A stretch of 64,000 nucleotides of DNA from Methanothrix sp. (GCA_963682135.1 OY821645.1:1536001-1600000); one strand, 5' to 3'. Positions 29,085 to 39,482 are shown, counted from the stretch's first letter. Made by a program: numbers and translations. The notes: generated by a model not told the origin, from the letters alone.

Positions 29085-30563
29085 TTGATGCTTGATCATT
29101 ACTACCATCTTAAGCATGCTTTCAAACGGATCAAAAAAAGGATACCATCTCTAAAAACAATCGAGCAAATGTCTTTTTCTCTTCTCAAGATTATTATAAT
29201 TCTCTTTACGCTTTTCTTTGTGATTGTTGTTACAGTCTGGATATTCGATAAAGAAGACGGCATAGTTGTCCAGCCATTTGAGACATTTGGGATTGATGAA
29301 AATGTGGACGGAAAATCTCTTGCAACCCTTCTTAGTTTTGATCTACAAAAGATTAAAAATATCTATGAACCCGCCCCGAGGATAACAGTCAACCCCAAGA
29401 ACAGTAGCGTGAATAAGATAATCTCAAGACCGCTTGATGAATTTTGTATAACTAATCTTTCTATCAAAAATGCTCATAGTACGCCTTTAGAATATAGCCT
29501 CTCGCAGGTTGGGACTGTAGGCGCTCAAGGAACATCAATATCTATCGGTAATTTGCTCCTTTCCATGAAGGAATTTCTTGGCAATAAGGCGAATGTTATC
29601 ACCTGTAGCCTCCAACGATATAACTCCACCATAATTGCAGTAGCAATTCTTGAAGACTATCATTCCACGAATAGCGTTATGACTTATGAGGATGAAACTT
29701 ACATATCCAAAGATGAGCAAATTCCTTCCTTGATAGACGATCTTGCCTATATGATAGCTCTTGAACAGAGTAAACGAAGGGCTCAGCTAAAAGGGGACGA
29801 TATATTTCCACAAACTTGGCAAACTTTCAAATATGTGACCGAAGGGCGAGATGCTTATAACAATTACATAGAAAAGAAAAATATTAACGACACAAATAAA
29901 CTTAATTATCTAAATAAAGCAAAGAATATGGCTATATTAGCCACATTATCTGAACCTGGCTACAAGGGTTCGTTTGAGCTGCTTTCAGGTCTAGGTTTTG
30001 CACACCTAGAGATGGGAAAATACGATGAAGCGGAAGAAATTTTCAAAAAAATTACTCTGGCCAAGCCATTTGAAAGTGTATTGGGCCTTGGATTGGTTTA
30101 CAGTATGCAGGGCCGCTATGCTGACGCTCTGAATGCGTTCGACGAGGCCACCAGACTGAATCCACGAGATGCAGATGCCTGGAATTACAAAGGCATAGTT
30201 CTTGGCAAAAATGGCAATTACCGTGAAGCTGCTGAAGCCTTTAAAAACACTACGCTGCTAAATCCTCAATATGCAATGGGCTGGAAATATGAAGGCGATG
30301 CACTTGCTAATTTGGGACGTAATAACCATAGCAGGTACAACGAAGCCATCCAGGCTTACGACAAGGCCATCGAGTTAAATCCACAATATGCAGATGCTTG
30401 GAGCTACAAAGGCATTGTGCTATATAATCAGGGCAAGTATGATGAATCTATTCAAGCTTTCGACAAGGCTATCGAACTAAATCAATCTGATCCAAATCCA
30501 AGGACCTATAAAGCCACCGCCATTGAAGGATTAAATGTGCATAATGAATCGGTTAAAGAGTAG
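29085..30563 (+). CDS. Membrane-anchored TPR protein
   Basis: N-terminal TM helix; C-terminal AW.YKG..L...G.Y.EA..AFDKAIELN repeats. Confidence 0.88.
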   Translation: MMLDHYYHLKHAFKRIKKRIPSLKTIEQMSFSLLKIIIILFTLFFVIVVTVWIFDKEDGIVVQPFETFGIDENVDGKSLATLLSFDLQKIKNIYEPAPRITVNPKNSSVNKIISRPLDEFCITNLSIKNAHSTPLEYSLSQVGTVGAQGTSISIGNLLLSMKEFLGNKANVITCSLQRYNSTIIAVAILEDYHSTNSVMTYEDETYISKDEQIPSLIDDLAYMIALEQSKRRAQLKGDDIFPQTWQTFKYVTEGRDAYNNYIEKKNINDTNKLNYLNKAKNMAILATLSEPGYKGSFELLSGLGFAHLEMGKYDEAEEIFKKITLAKPFESVLGLGLVYSMQGRYADALNAFDEATRLNPRDADAWNYKGIVLGKNGNYREAAEAFKNTTLLNPQYAMGWKYEGDALANLGRNNHSRYNEAIQAYDKAIELNPQYADAWSYKGIVLYNQGKYDESIQAFDKAIELNQSDPNPRTYKATAIEGLNVHNESVKE

Positions 30564-30599
30564 CTGGGATTTAAAAGCTAGTTCCCGTAAGGTAGCCAA

Positions 30600-31664
30600 T
30601 GTGTAGTCCCGAAACCTTTGATTTTATATACCCATCAAAGGGGCATGGGAAAGAAGAATAAAGTTGTAAAGCTAACAGATAGGAAGATCAGATATATCAT
30701 TCGGGCCAAAAAGAGAGGCGAGAGCACCAAAAGAATCGCGAAGGATATGAAGTTAAGTCCGTCCTCTGTGAAACGTGTCTGGATGCACTGGACGAAAACC
30801 AAGATGCCCCTAAACATTAAGAAATTTGGGCGAAATAGAAAGACCCTGGATGAAGAGTCAGTTAAGCTGATACTTGAAGTCCACAAAGAGCAAAATTTAG
30901 GCGCAAGACGACTCGAAAAGATCATCGAGTTCACACATGGAACGCATATCCCTCACAATGCTATTCATAAGGAACTGCTATCTCATGGCTTGGCCAATGT
31001 GAACCGCAACAAATCGAAGCGCAGAAAACCCTGGATTAGGTTCGAACGCAAGCACAGCCTGTCCATGGTGCATATGGATTGGCATACAAGCATTCACGAT
31101 GGAAAAAAGGTGTTCATCTGCTTGGTCCTTGATGATAGTTCGCGGCGCATTCTCGCGGGCGGGGAGTTCGATGCCGAAACAAAAGATAACGCTTTGCTAC
31201 TCCTCAAAGAAGCCATGGGCAGATTTGGCTGGCTGACAAGTATTGAGCAGGTGCTGACCGACAGAGGGACACAATTCTATGCAAACAAGCGAGACAAGAA
31301 CGGCGATGCTGATAGCAGATTTGAAGATTTTCTTGAGGCGAATAAAATCAAGCATATCAAGGCTCGCGTTAAGCATCCTCAGACCAATGGAAAACTGGAA
31401 AAATGGAACGACACTTATGAACGTAACAGGTTTAGATTCGAGAATTTTGACAATTTCATGAATTGGTATAATACAGTTAGATTTCATGAGTCCCTTGATA
31501 CAAAATGGTATCTACAGACGCCAGATATCGCATTCTGGTCAAGACTGCCAGAAGGATGCAAATTAGGAATGTTCCTGAATCGGATGGAGACTGAATTAAA
31601 TGGTTGATAAAGAATTTAATTTGCGGACCGGAGTATATAAAGTCCAAACATTCGGGACTATACA
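30600..31664 (+). mobile_element. IS481-family element, apparently intact, 1065 bp
   Basis: TIRs TGTGTAGTCCCGAA / TTCGGGACTATACA; 15-bp direct repeat CCGTAAGGTAGCCAA at 30585-30599 and 31665-31679. Confidence 0.93.
30645..31607 (+). CDS. IS481-family DDE transposase
   Basis: HTH, HMDW, DDSSR, TDRGTQF, HPQTNGKLE, WYN..R.H.SL. Confidence 0.93.
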   Translation: MGKKNKVVKLTDRKIRYIIRAKKRGESTKRIAKDMKLSPSSVKRVWMHWTKTKMPLNIKKFGRNRKTLDEESVKLILEVHKEQNLGARRLEKIIEFTHGTHIPHNAIHKELLSHGLANVNRNKSKRRKPWIRFERKHSLSMVHMDWHTSIHDGKKVFICLVLDDSSRRILAGGEFDAETKDNALLLLKEAMGRFGWLTSIEQVLTDRGTQFYANKRDKNGDADSRFEDFLEANKIKHIKARVKHPQTNGKLEKWNDTYERNRFRFENFDNFMNWYNTVRFHESLDTKWYLQTPDIAFWSRLPEGCKLGMFLNRMETELNG

Positions 31665-31753
31665 CCGTAAGGTAGCCAACCATAAACTTAAATAGTCAAT
31701 CTCACCACAAGTATATATATTATTAGTTAAGATGGAAGGTATTTGAGGTTATT

Positions 31754-34291
31754 ATGTCCTCGTGGGTTCTTTGCGTGCTATGTGCAGTAGTTCTTTTAGG
31801 GCTTGGATTAGCCGCAGCTTCTACTAACTCCTCTCGGGAAATGATTTTTCCTGATGGCTTTCGTATTAATGTTCCACATCTCGGATCATCCACGGAGAGT
31901 GGCGGCCAAGGTACGGGCGTCGAATATCATGTGGTAACGATAAAAGATCTCAAGGAAATGTTAAACACAAGGATAGAACCAGATAATCCGCTAGTCCATG
32001 ATGAGGCACTCTTGATGGTGGCAAAATTATCATCAGGGCCTCGCGATCCTACTATTAATCAAATATGTTCAATTTATAGCTATTTGAAAAATGGTGACCC
32101 TCCGGTAAAGGGTTGGATTTATGTAAACGACCCAAGAGGCTCAGATTACTTCAATTATGCAAATGAATCCGTGAGAATAGGCGACAAAGCCGGTTGTACC
32201 GGAGATGGTGATTGCGATGATTTTGCTGTTCTGATGGTTTCCCTCGTGGAGTCTATCGGGAAGACGACTAGAATTATTCTGGCTTATGACAACAGCACGG
32301 GAGGACATGCCTATGCAGAGGTCCTTTTAGGAAATTTAAACACTCAGGGCAACCAGGTAAACGATACTTTAGACTGGCTTAAGCAAAAATTCAATACTAA
32401 CAATATTTTCACATATCTTGATACGGATACTGGAGATGTTTGGCTGAACTTGGATTGGGGACCAGATGAATATGGGAATGAGCACCCAGGGGGTCCATTT
32501 TGCCAGGCAGATAAAAAAATAGTTGTCACTGTAGGAGACACGCATAACAAAATCCCCATTGTGATGCCTCCCACCAATACGAATAAAGAAGTATTACAAG
32601 TTCCCGCTGTTCGGTTAAATATCACGACGACCGTGATTGAGAGCGATTCTGCAGAAGTATGGTTCAATAAAGGAGTTGCTCTTGTTGATTTAGGTAAGTA
32701 TGATGAAGCCATAAAGGCTTACGAAAAGGCTATCGAGATCAATCCACAAAATGCAGATGCAAGGAACAACAAAGGCGTTGCTCTCTTTGCTCTAGGCAAG
32801 TACGATGAGGCCATAAACGCATTTGATAAATCCATCGAGATCAATCCACAAAATGCAAATGCATGGAACAACAAAGGTGTTGCTCTCTTTACTCTAGGCA
32901 AGTACGATGAGGCTATAAAAGCATTTGATAAGGCCATCGAGATCAATCCGCAAAATGCAGAAGCTTGGTCCAACAAAGGTGATGCTCTCGATGACAAGGG
33001 CAAGTACGATGAGGCCATAAAAGCATTTGATAAGGCTATCGAGATCAATCCCAATTATTCTTATGCCCGGATCGGCAAGGGATTTGGTCTCAATAATCTG
33101 GGCAAATACGATGAGGCTATAAATGCACTTGATAAGGCTATCGAGATCAATCCAAAATATGCAGATGCATGGATAAACAAAGGTGATGCTCTCAATAATC
33201 TGGGCAAATACGATGAGGCCTTGAAAGCACTTGATAAGGCTATTGAGATTGATCCGCAAGATGTATATGCATCATATGCCTGGAACAACAAAGGTACTAT
33301 TTTTTTTAATCTGGGCAGGCACAATGAGGCAATACAGGCTTACAATAAGTCCATTCAGCTTGATCCCAATTTTGTATATGCCTGGGACAATAAAGGTAAT
33401 GCTCTTGATTATCTGGGCAAATACGATGAGGCCATACAGGCCTACGACAAGGCCACAGAGATCAATCCAAAATATGTAAATGCATGGATAGACAAGGGCA
33501 TTGCTCTCGATAAGCTGGGCAAGCACGATGAGGCCAAAAAAGCATACAATAAGACCGTCGGGATCAATTTGTCGAGATCAGTCTACAACATACCGGAACA
33601 TAGAACAACAACGGCAATGGCCATAAAAACCTCAAATCAATCCATCGAAAGCGATCAAGGGTATGCAAATACCTTGATCGGCATGGGATTTGCTCTTAAT
33701 ATGTTGGGCAAGCACGTTGAAGCCATTCAGGCTTACGATAAGGCTATCGAGATCAATCCAAAATATGCAGATGCTTGGAATAGTAAAGGCGATGCTCTCT
33801 GTTTCCTGTATAGATACAATGACTCAATATATGCCTACGACCAGGCTATTAAGCTGAATTCCTCCAATCCCCTCTACTGGAACAGTAAAGGCGATGCTCT
33901 CTATTTCCTGTATAGATACAACGACTCAATATACGCCTACGATCAGGCTATTAAGCTGAATTCCTCCAATCCCCTTTACTGGAACAATAAAGGCAGTGCT
34001 CTTGATTACCTGTATAGATACAACGACTCAATATACGCCTACGATCAGGCTATTAAGCTGAATTCGTCCAATCCCCTTTACTGGAACAATAAAGGCAGTG
34101 CTCTTGATTACCTATATAGATACAATGACTCAATATACGCCTACGATCAGGCTATTAAGCTGAATTCGTCCACTCCCCTTTACTGGAACAATAAAGGCAA
34201 TGCTCTCAGATTGCTTGGACGCACTGCTGAAGCCTATGCAGCTTTTATTAAAGCACACAGGTTGATCCTAGATAGGTGCCTGACGGGCTGA
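31754..34291 (+). CDS. Secreted transglutaminase-like domain plus long TPR array
   Basis: Signal peptide; GDCDDFA...GHAYAEV...WLNLDW; roughly 15 TPR units. Confidence 0.9.
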   Translation: MSSWVLCVLCAVVLLGLGLAAASTNSSREMIFPDGFRINVPHLGSSTESGGQGTGVEYHVVTIKDLKEMLNTRIEPDNPLVHDEALLMVAKLSSGPRDPTINQICSIYSYLKNGDPPVKGWIYVNDPRGSDYFNYANESVRIGDKAGCTGDGDCDDFAVLMVSLVESIGKTTRIILAYDNSTGGHAYAEVLLGNLNTQGNQVNDTLDWLKQKFNTNNIFTYLDTDTGDVWLNLDWGPDEYGNEHPGGPFCQADKKIVVTVGDTHNKIPIVMPPTNTNKEVLQVPAVRLNITTTVIESDSAEVWFNKGVALVDLGKYDEAIKAYEKAIEINPQNADARNNKGVALFALGKYDEAINAFDKSIEINPQNANAWNNKGVALFTLGKYDEAIKAFDKAIEINPQNAEAWSNKGDALDDKGKYDEAIKAFDKAIEINPNYSYARIGKGFGLNNLGKYDEAINALDKAIEINPKYADAWINKGDALNNLGKYDEALKALDKAIEIDPQDVYASYAWNNKGTIFFNLGRHNEAIQAYNKSIQLDPNFVYAWDNKGNALDYLGKYDEAIQAYDKATEINPKYVNAWIDKGIALDKLGKHDEAKKAYNKTVGINLSRSVYNIPEHRTTTAMAIKTSNQSIESDQGYANTLIGMGFALNMLGKHVEAIQAYDKAIEINPKYADAWNSKGDALCFLYRYNDSIYAYDQAIKLNSSNPLYWNSKGDALYFLYRYNDSIYAYDQAIKLNSSNPLYWNNKGSALDYLYRYNDSIYAYDQAIKLNSSNPLYWNNKGSALDYLYRYNDSIYAYDQAIKLNSSTPLYWNNKGNALRLLGRTAEAYAAFIKAHRLILDRCLTG
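33776..34208 (+). repeat. Near-identical 102-bp tandem repeats (4+ TPR units)
   Basis: Unit starts at 33776, 33878, 33980, 34082 and 34184, encoding WN(S/N)KG(D/S)AL..LYRYNDSIYAYDQAIKLNSS.PLY. Confidence 0.93.
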
Positions 34292-34814
34292 CTGATCAAG
34301 ATTGAAGGGGGGGACATGAACCAGATCTCTTTTACCTATTAGATTTAGGGATTTAGGCAAACATTTATAATCTGTAGAGTCCTGAAAGTATTTCGCACCT
34401 GCTCCGATTTCATTTTGTGTGAAGAATTCATATTTCCTCTTATAGCCCAAACAGCCTGTGGCCAATGGCAAAATACATCTCCAGTCGCATCTTTCGTCTA
34501 AATACCCGTTCTGGGGTTTCGAGATGTTCAAACTCCAGGCTACCATGCGGTCTGTTGTTGTACCATTCCCTAAACTCCTCAAATGAAGAAAAGGCTAATC
34601 TATGTCGTTGATATTCGCCAAACCATCGTTCTGGCTTTCCATTTGTCTGTGGATGTTTAACCCTCGCCAGGATTGGTTTAATGCCATGCTTTTCAAGATG
34701 GTTTTTAAATTCACTGTCCCATTTACCGTCTTCATGAACGCGGTGGGCACCGAATTCTGCACCATGATCCAAGATAAGCTCTCGCATGGGGCAGAGCCAC
34801 CAGTATCCTTCAAC

Positions 34815-36545
34815 CCCAACCTCCCGGATCAAGTAGACACATTAACCGGTCGATCTCAATTATAAAGCTCCTATTTTGAAAAACAACCCTGACTAAGCCC
34901 ACTTAGCGAAAGATATTTATACTATATGCGCCTACTATTATTGAGGCGCATAATGCAAACCACTCGACGAATCAAAGTGAAAAATGGGATCGAATATTGG
35001 TACGAAGAAACACCTTACTATGACAAGGAGAAAAAACAGATCAGACATAAATCAAAATATTTAGGAAGAAACGTAGATGGCCAGCCGGTCCGGATGCGTT
35101 CCGCCCCTGACGAGGTCAAAGAGAAGACGAAAAAGAAAACAGAGGCGATCAAGTCATCATTTGATTATGGCTCCATATTCGTTCTTCAGTCAATTATGGA
35201 AGAGCTTCATATGGATCGCTATCTGGAAGTTTTGTTGTCTCCTTCGGAAGTGTCCATGGTTCGCGCATTGGCATTTAACCGGATTATACGACCTACTGCA
35301 ATGAGGAATGTAGATTCATGGTACGAAGGAACCTCTCTTGCCCTCGAATCTCCGCAAATCAATCTTACCAGTCAGCGAGTAAGTGAGCTTCTCGGTCGAT
35401 TGGGTGAAAGCAATATTCCAGACAGATTCATGTCCCAGCTTATCGAAGGAACCGGTACGAAAGACACACTCATTTACGATATTACGAGCCTGTCAAGTTA
35501 CTCTCAACTCATCAATATTCTTGAGTACGGGTACAATCGTGATGGCGAGTCTCTTCCGCAAATCAATCTGTCCCTGATTCTGGATAAGGATAAAGGGATA
35601 CCCGTGATGTATGACATCTTCCCCGGCAGTATTTCCGATGTCAGTACGCTTTCCGGCACTCTAAAAAAGATAAAAGCGCATGGCATCCAAAATTATGTTG
35701 CTGTGATGGATCGTGGATTTTTCAGCTTGAGCAACCTTCGCGAGCTGATGACGAATAAAATCTCATTTATTATGGCGGCCAGATTGCAGTTGAATGATTT
35801 GAAGCACCTGCTGACGGAAGTGCAAAAGGATCTTGATGATGTAAAATATCTCCACAAGTTTAACAAGGATCCCATTTTTGCCAAACCAATTTCATATATT
35901 ATTGATTCAATTGAAATCAGGGGGTATGTTTATTATGATCCCAAATTAGAGCAAACCGAGAAGCAGACACTCCTAAGCAGACTCTATGATATTCGTGAAG
36001 AGTTGCTCAAGGTGCGCTTGAATAAGAACAGTAACCCCCACGTAGTTTTCAAAGATAAAGCACACGGATTTGGAAACTTCTTCGACTGGAATGTTATGGA
36101 TAATCGCTTTGAAGTTACGATAAAACAAAACGCAGTTGCACAAAGAATGAACAAAATGGGCAAGTATATTATATTCTACTCAGGAAACTTTGACGAGATG
36201 AAGTGCCTTTCTCTCTATCGCGAACGCGATGAAATTGAAAAGAGCTTCAAGGCATTGAAAAGCGAAATTGACATCCTTCCATTGAATACTCATGGCGAAG
36301 AGACAACAAGAGGATTCATTTTTATCGCTTTCCTGAGTCTGATTATAAGGTCACGACTGATAAATATGATGAAGGATGCAGAGATACTAGACAAATATTC
36401 TGTTGAACTTCTTCTGCTGCAATTGGAGAAATTAAGAAAAATTGCTCTTGCAGACGGACAGATAATAGTCACCGAAATGACAAAAAAACAGAGGGAAATT
36501 CTTCAGGCGCTAGACTTGTGCGCCTGAACTTTTCGGGAGGTTGGG
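34815..36545 (+). mobile_element. IS1634-family element, 1731 bp
   Basis: TIRs CCCAACCTCCCG / CGGGAGGTTGGG; 6-bp direct repeat TTCAAC at 34809-34814 and 36546-36551. Confidence 0.9.
34926..36527 (+). CDS. IS1634-family transposase
   Basis: YDITSLSSYS, YGYNRD, PGSISD, MDRGF, YRERDEIEKSFKALK. Confidence 0.9.
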   Translation: MRLLLLRRIMQTTRRIKVKNGIEYWYEETPYYDKEKKQIRHKSKYLGRNVDGQPVRMRSAPDEVKEKTKKKTEAIKSSFDYGSIFVLQSIMEELHMDRYLEVLLSPSEVSMVRALAFNRIIRPTAMRNVDSWYEGTSLALESPQINLTSQRVSELLGRLGESNIPDRFMSQLIEGTGTKDTLIYDITSLSSYSQLINILEYGYNRDGESLPQINLSLILDKDKGIPVMYDIFPGSISDVSTLSGTLKKIKAHGIQNYVAVMDRGFFSLSNLRELMTNKISFIMAARLQLNDLKHLLTEVQKDLDDVKYLHKFNKDPIFAKPISYIIDSIEIRGYVYYDPKLEQTEKQTLLSRLYDIREELLKVRLNKNSNPHVVFKDKAHGFGNFFDWNVMDNRFEVTIKQNAVAQRMNKMGKYIIFYSGNFDEMKCLSLYRERDEIEKSFKALKSEIDILPLNTHGEETTRGFIFIAFLSLIIRSRLINMMKDAEILDKYSVELLLLQLEKLRKIALADGQIIVTEMTKKQREILQALDLCA

Positions 36546-37176
36546 TTCAACCAGTTCGTCAACTACCAATATGCTGTTCTCGGTATTGATATTCCTGAAC
36601 TCACCGCCGGCAAGGATCATCCTGGATGCGTCATCAATGATAACGCAAACCTTGAGATCAGACCAACCTGATTCATGCCAATCGATATGTCCTGCGGACA
36701 GGCTATGCTTGCGTTCGTACCGAACCCACTTGCGTTGCTTTTGTTTTTTCGGATCTTCATGAGCCAGGCCTGCTGCCTTGAGATACATGTGAATACGGTT
36801 ATGAGAGATGCGGACTTTAAACACCTTTCTTACAGCAACCTCCAACATCCGAGCTCCAAATCGATAAAGCCGATACCCATCGCTAATCACTTGTGCCTCT
36901 TGCTCATCAAAAGGCTTCCTGGGCCGCCCATCTTCTCGCCAATCGCAGGCTCTTGCTTGCACTCCACATAGATTTTCCAGATTTGCTGCACTCGCCTCCG
37001 CGATATTTTCATGTCAAGAGCGATCTGCTTTGTGGTCACCCCCTTTTGCTTTTGCCGGATAATCCAATGGATTTTACGCGGATTTGATTTCATAACCCGT
37101 GTTACGGGTGCAGGGGTAAAGCGTGTGCGAAATACTTTCGGGACTACACACAAACATTTATAATCATAAACAAGAA

Positions 37177-38148
37177 ATGAGTGATGAGGAGGAATGTATA
37201 ATCAGAGCGTTTCTTATAATTGTAATCCTGATGTTAGCGGGATCTGCACAGTCAGCTACTTTGTCAGTTTGTCAAGAAGGATGCAACTATACGAGCATTC
37301 AAGCAGCAATTTATGCAGCAAAAATCAATGATACAATTGAGCTGCATAGTGGCACATATAATGATAGTGCAATTTTAACTAAGGAACTAAAATTTATCGG
37401 CAAAGATACAGGTAGTGGGGAACCTGTCGTTGTAGGAGATTTATATACAAATGGTCTTAGGTATTCTCTGAGAGGGTTTGGTTTTAACTCAATTAAATCT
37501 GATATGTCCTCATATTCAGAGACCAATAACTCATTGTACTACTGGATGGGAAAGGCAAGAGATTATTATTCAGCTGAATCTTATGCCAAGGCTCTAGATG
37601 CTATTTCCAAAGCACTAAAAATAGATCCTCAAAATGCAGTGGCTTGGAATCGAAAGGGCATATACTTGGCTGCTCAACACAGAGACGAAGAGGCTACAGA
37701 ATGCTATGATAATGCCCTTAAGATAGACTCATCATACAGCCCAGCGTTGTATAACAAAGGAGGTCAATTATATAACCAAGAAGAATACGAAAACGCTATC
37801 TTTTATTATGATCAAGCGATCAATGCAGACCCGAGAGATATAGAATACCTATCCTCAAAGGCCTCTGCATTAATGAAGATGGCCAAATTTGATGATGCTC
37901 TTAAGACGATTGAAAAAGCTATTGAGATACAACCACAAAGTACTGATTATTTGAACCGAAAGATCGCTATTCTATTTTCCTGGGGCAAATATGAAGATGC
38001 TCTTACTGCGATCGATAAATCCTTAGATTTGAATCCATCACAAATTGAGATCTGGCAAATGAAAGGTACTATTCTTCAGAAAATTGGCCGCAACAAAGAA
38101 GCCGATATGGCTTTCGCCAAGGCCAAGGAGCTGAGTTATACAGGATAA
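37177..38148 (+). CDS. Secreted protein: short NosD-like N-terminus plus TPR repeats
   Basis: Signal peptide; CNYTSIQAAI...SGTY; TPRs; ends AFAKAKELSYTG. Start uncertain. Confidence 0.85.
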   Translation: MSDEEECIIRAFLIIVILMLAGSAQSATLSVCQEGCNYTSIQAAIYAAKINDTIELHSGTYNDSAILTKELKFIGKDTGSGEPVVVGDLYTNGLRYSLRGFGFNSIKSDMSSYSETNNSLYYWMGKARDYYSAESYAKALDAISKALKIDPQNAVAWNRKGIYLAAQHRDEEATECYDNALKIDSSYSPALYNKGGQLYNQEEYENAIFYYDQAINADPRDIEYLSSKASALMKMAKFDDALKTIEKAIEIQPQSTDYLNRKIAILFSWGKYEDALTAIDKSLDLNPSQIEIWQMKGTILQKIGRNKEADMAFAKAKELSYTG

Positions 38149-38240
38149 CTCCAGATCGAGTTAAATGCGTAACCTGTACTCTATCAACCTTTTTTGTATT
38201 TCTAACATTATATGACATTAATATGACATAATATTGATTT

Positions 38241-38338
38241 CTTCATGGAGAGATTGCCGAGCAGGCGGAGGAGACCTTGGCGGCCATGGAAAAACGGCCC
38301 AGTCAGCCTGCTCCTGGCTGGCAGCGTGCCCAGGGGCC
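38241..38338 (+). pseudogene. Decayed moeA 5' fragment
   Basis: CATGGAGAGATTGCCGAGCAGGCGGAGGAGACCTTGGCGGCC...CTGGCTGGCAGCGTGCCCAGGGG aligns to 45712-45809 and to moeA 47722-47819. Confidence 0.85.
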
Positions 38339-38358
38339 TTCTAAAATTATGTCCTGAT

Positions 38359-39171
38359 CTATTGAGTCCGGTTCTGCTTCCTGAGAGCCTCTTTCTTGGC
38401 ATCCTCAGCCCTCTCGAAATCGGGCTTAATCCCCAGGGCTCTATCATAGCAGACCAGCGCCTCATCATATCTGCCCAGTCTTGAAAGTGCATCGCCTTTC
38501 CCATACCAGGCCATGAAGTTTGATTGATTGCGAGCTATTACCTTGTCATAAAACGGCAGTGACTCGTTGTACAGGCCCATGCTCTGTGAGACGCCCGCGC
38601 TCTCCAGGTCGCGCAGATCCTGCGTGGCCGCTCCCTGTGGGCTGTTGTCCGGAACAGAGCCGATAAAAAGCAGACCGATCATGACCATAAGCAGCACTCC
38701 CGTAAAGAGGAGGCTATAGAGGACACGGCCCAGGAAGCGCCTCCTGCTATTATCACTATTGAGAAGAGGAAGTGCGGAGGTGATTTTATCCGGCCCGGCA
38801 AGGGATATGACCCCTGCTGCTGTCAGCAAAACCCCAGGGATGATCCAGCCTGTCCAGCCCATACTTGCATAAGATCCTGAGGCATAGCCAACTGGAAATC
38901 CGAGCAGCCCACATAAAATTATCACCCCGCCCAAATTCACCTTTTTCATGGGATAGAGCAAAGAGGATATGCCGCCCATTATGCCCAGCAGGATAAAGAC
39001 ACTGGCTCCTATCTCTGGTGAGATGAAGTTTCCTTCTATCCAGCTCCCTGGCATGTGTGAGGAGGCTGCAGAAACAATAAACCATAAAAGCTCAGCACCG
39101 CCAATAAGGATGCCAAAGAGTCCCCCAATAACGCCTGGGATGGTCACAATTGCTTTCACGATGAAAATCAA
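38359..39171 (-). CDS. Multi-pass membrane protein with C-terminal TPR
   Basis: About 5 hydrophobic helices; AWYGKGDALSRLGRYDEALVCYDRAL. Confidence 0.85.
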   Translation of the reverse strand: MIFIVKAIVTIPGVIGGLFGILIGGAELLWFIVSAASSHMPGSWIEGNFISPEIGASVFILLGIMGGISSLLYPMKKVNLGGVIILCGLLGFPVGYASGSYASMGWTGWIIPGVLLTAAGVISLAGPDKITSALPLLNSDNSRRRFLGRVLYSLLFTGVLLMVMIGLLFIGSVPDNSPQGAATQDLRDLESAGVSQSMGLYNESLPFYDKVIARNQSNFMAWYGKGDALSRLGRYDEALVCYDRALGIKPDFERAEDAKKEALRKQNRTQ

Positions 39172-39332
39172 CTCTCTGCTTCTCAGATTCGGTCCATATC
39201 AACGCACGGTTAGATGCTTTCGCCAAAGCTATATTGAGTCACTTTTCATAGATTTAGTTTTTGATTGTAGCAACGTACTTGCGAGGTAGCGTGCTACAAT
39301 TGCGACTTGGCTAGGCGGCTGCGGGGGCAGCT

Positions 39333-39389
39333 GCCCTGGTGATGGCCGATCACTTTATCCGCCAGAGAGCGGCGAAGCTGCAAATTTAA
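39333..39389 (+). pseudogene. aroC 3'-end relic
   Basis: GCCCTGGTGATGGCCGATCACTTTATCCGCCAGAGAGCGGCGAAGCTGCAAATTTAA = ALVMADHFIRQRAAKLQI*; matches aroC 27802-27852 and 45921-45977. Confidence 0.85.
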
Positions 39390-39409
39390 TTGTACATCCC
39401 TCATCGGTA

Positions 39410-39482
39410 TTTCACGTCTTTGCGCATTGGCGTGAAAATGTGTCGCGTCTCAACGCGAAGACGCGAAGGGCGCGAAGAAGAC
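39410..39482. repeat. REP-like palindrome cluster
   Basis: TTTCACGTCTTTGCGCATTGGCGTGAAA followed by CGCGAAG x3. Confidence 0.6.

Larger units (their letters stand above)
34440..37093 (-). pseudogene. IS481 transposase pseudogene (frameshift near 36925 and split by IS1634)
   Basis: Fragments MKSNPRKIHW.. / RPRKPF..HIDW..DDASR..VDELVE | GYWWLCP..DHGAEF..HPQTNGK rejoin in frame once the insert is removed. Confidence 0.9.
34373..37150 (-). mobile_element. Second IS481-family element (about 1041 bp when reconstituted), interrupted by IS1634
   Basis: 26-bp TIRs TGTAGAGTCCTGAAAGTATTTCGCAC / reverse complement of TGTGTAGTCCCGAAAGTATTTCGCAC; 15-bp direct repeat CAAACATTTATAATC at 34358-34372 and 37151-37165. 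Confidence 0.92.

Noticed and set aside
32640-34208. Regular DNA repeats as a CRISPR array or DGR template/variable pair
   Set aside because: The period is 102 bp, in frame within a TPR gene. There are no unique spacers, cas genes or reverse transcriptase.
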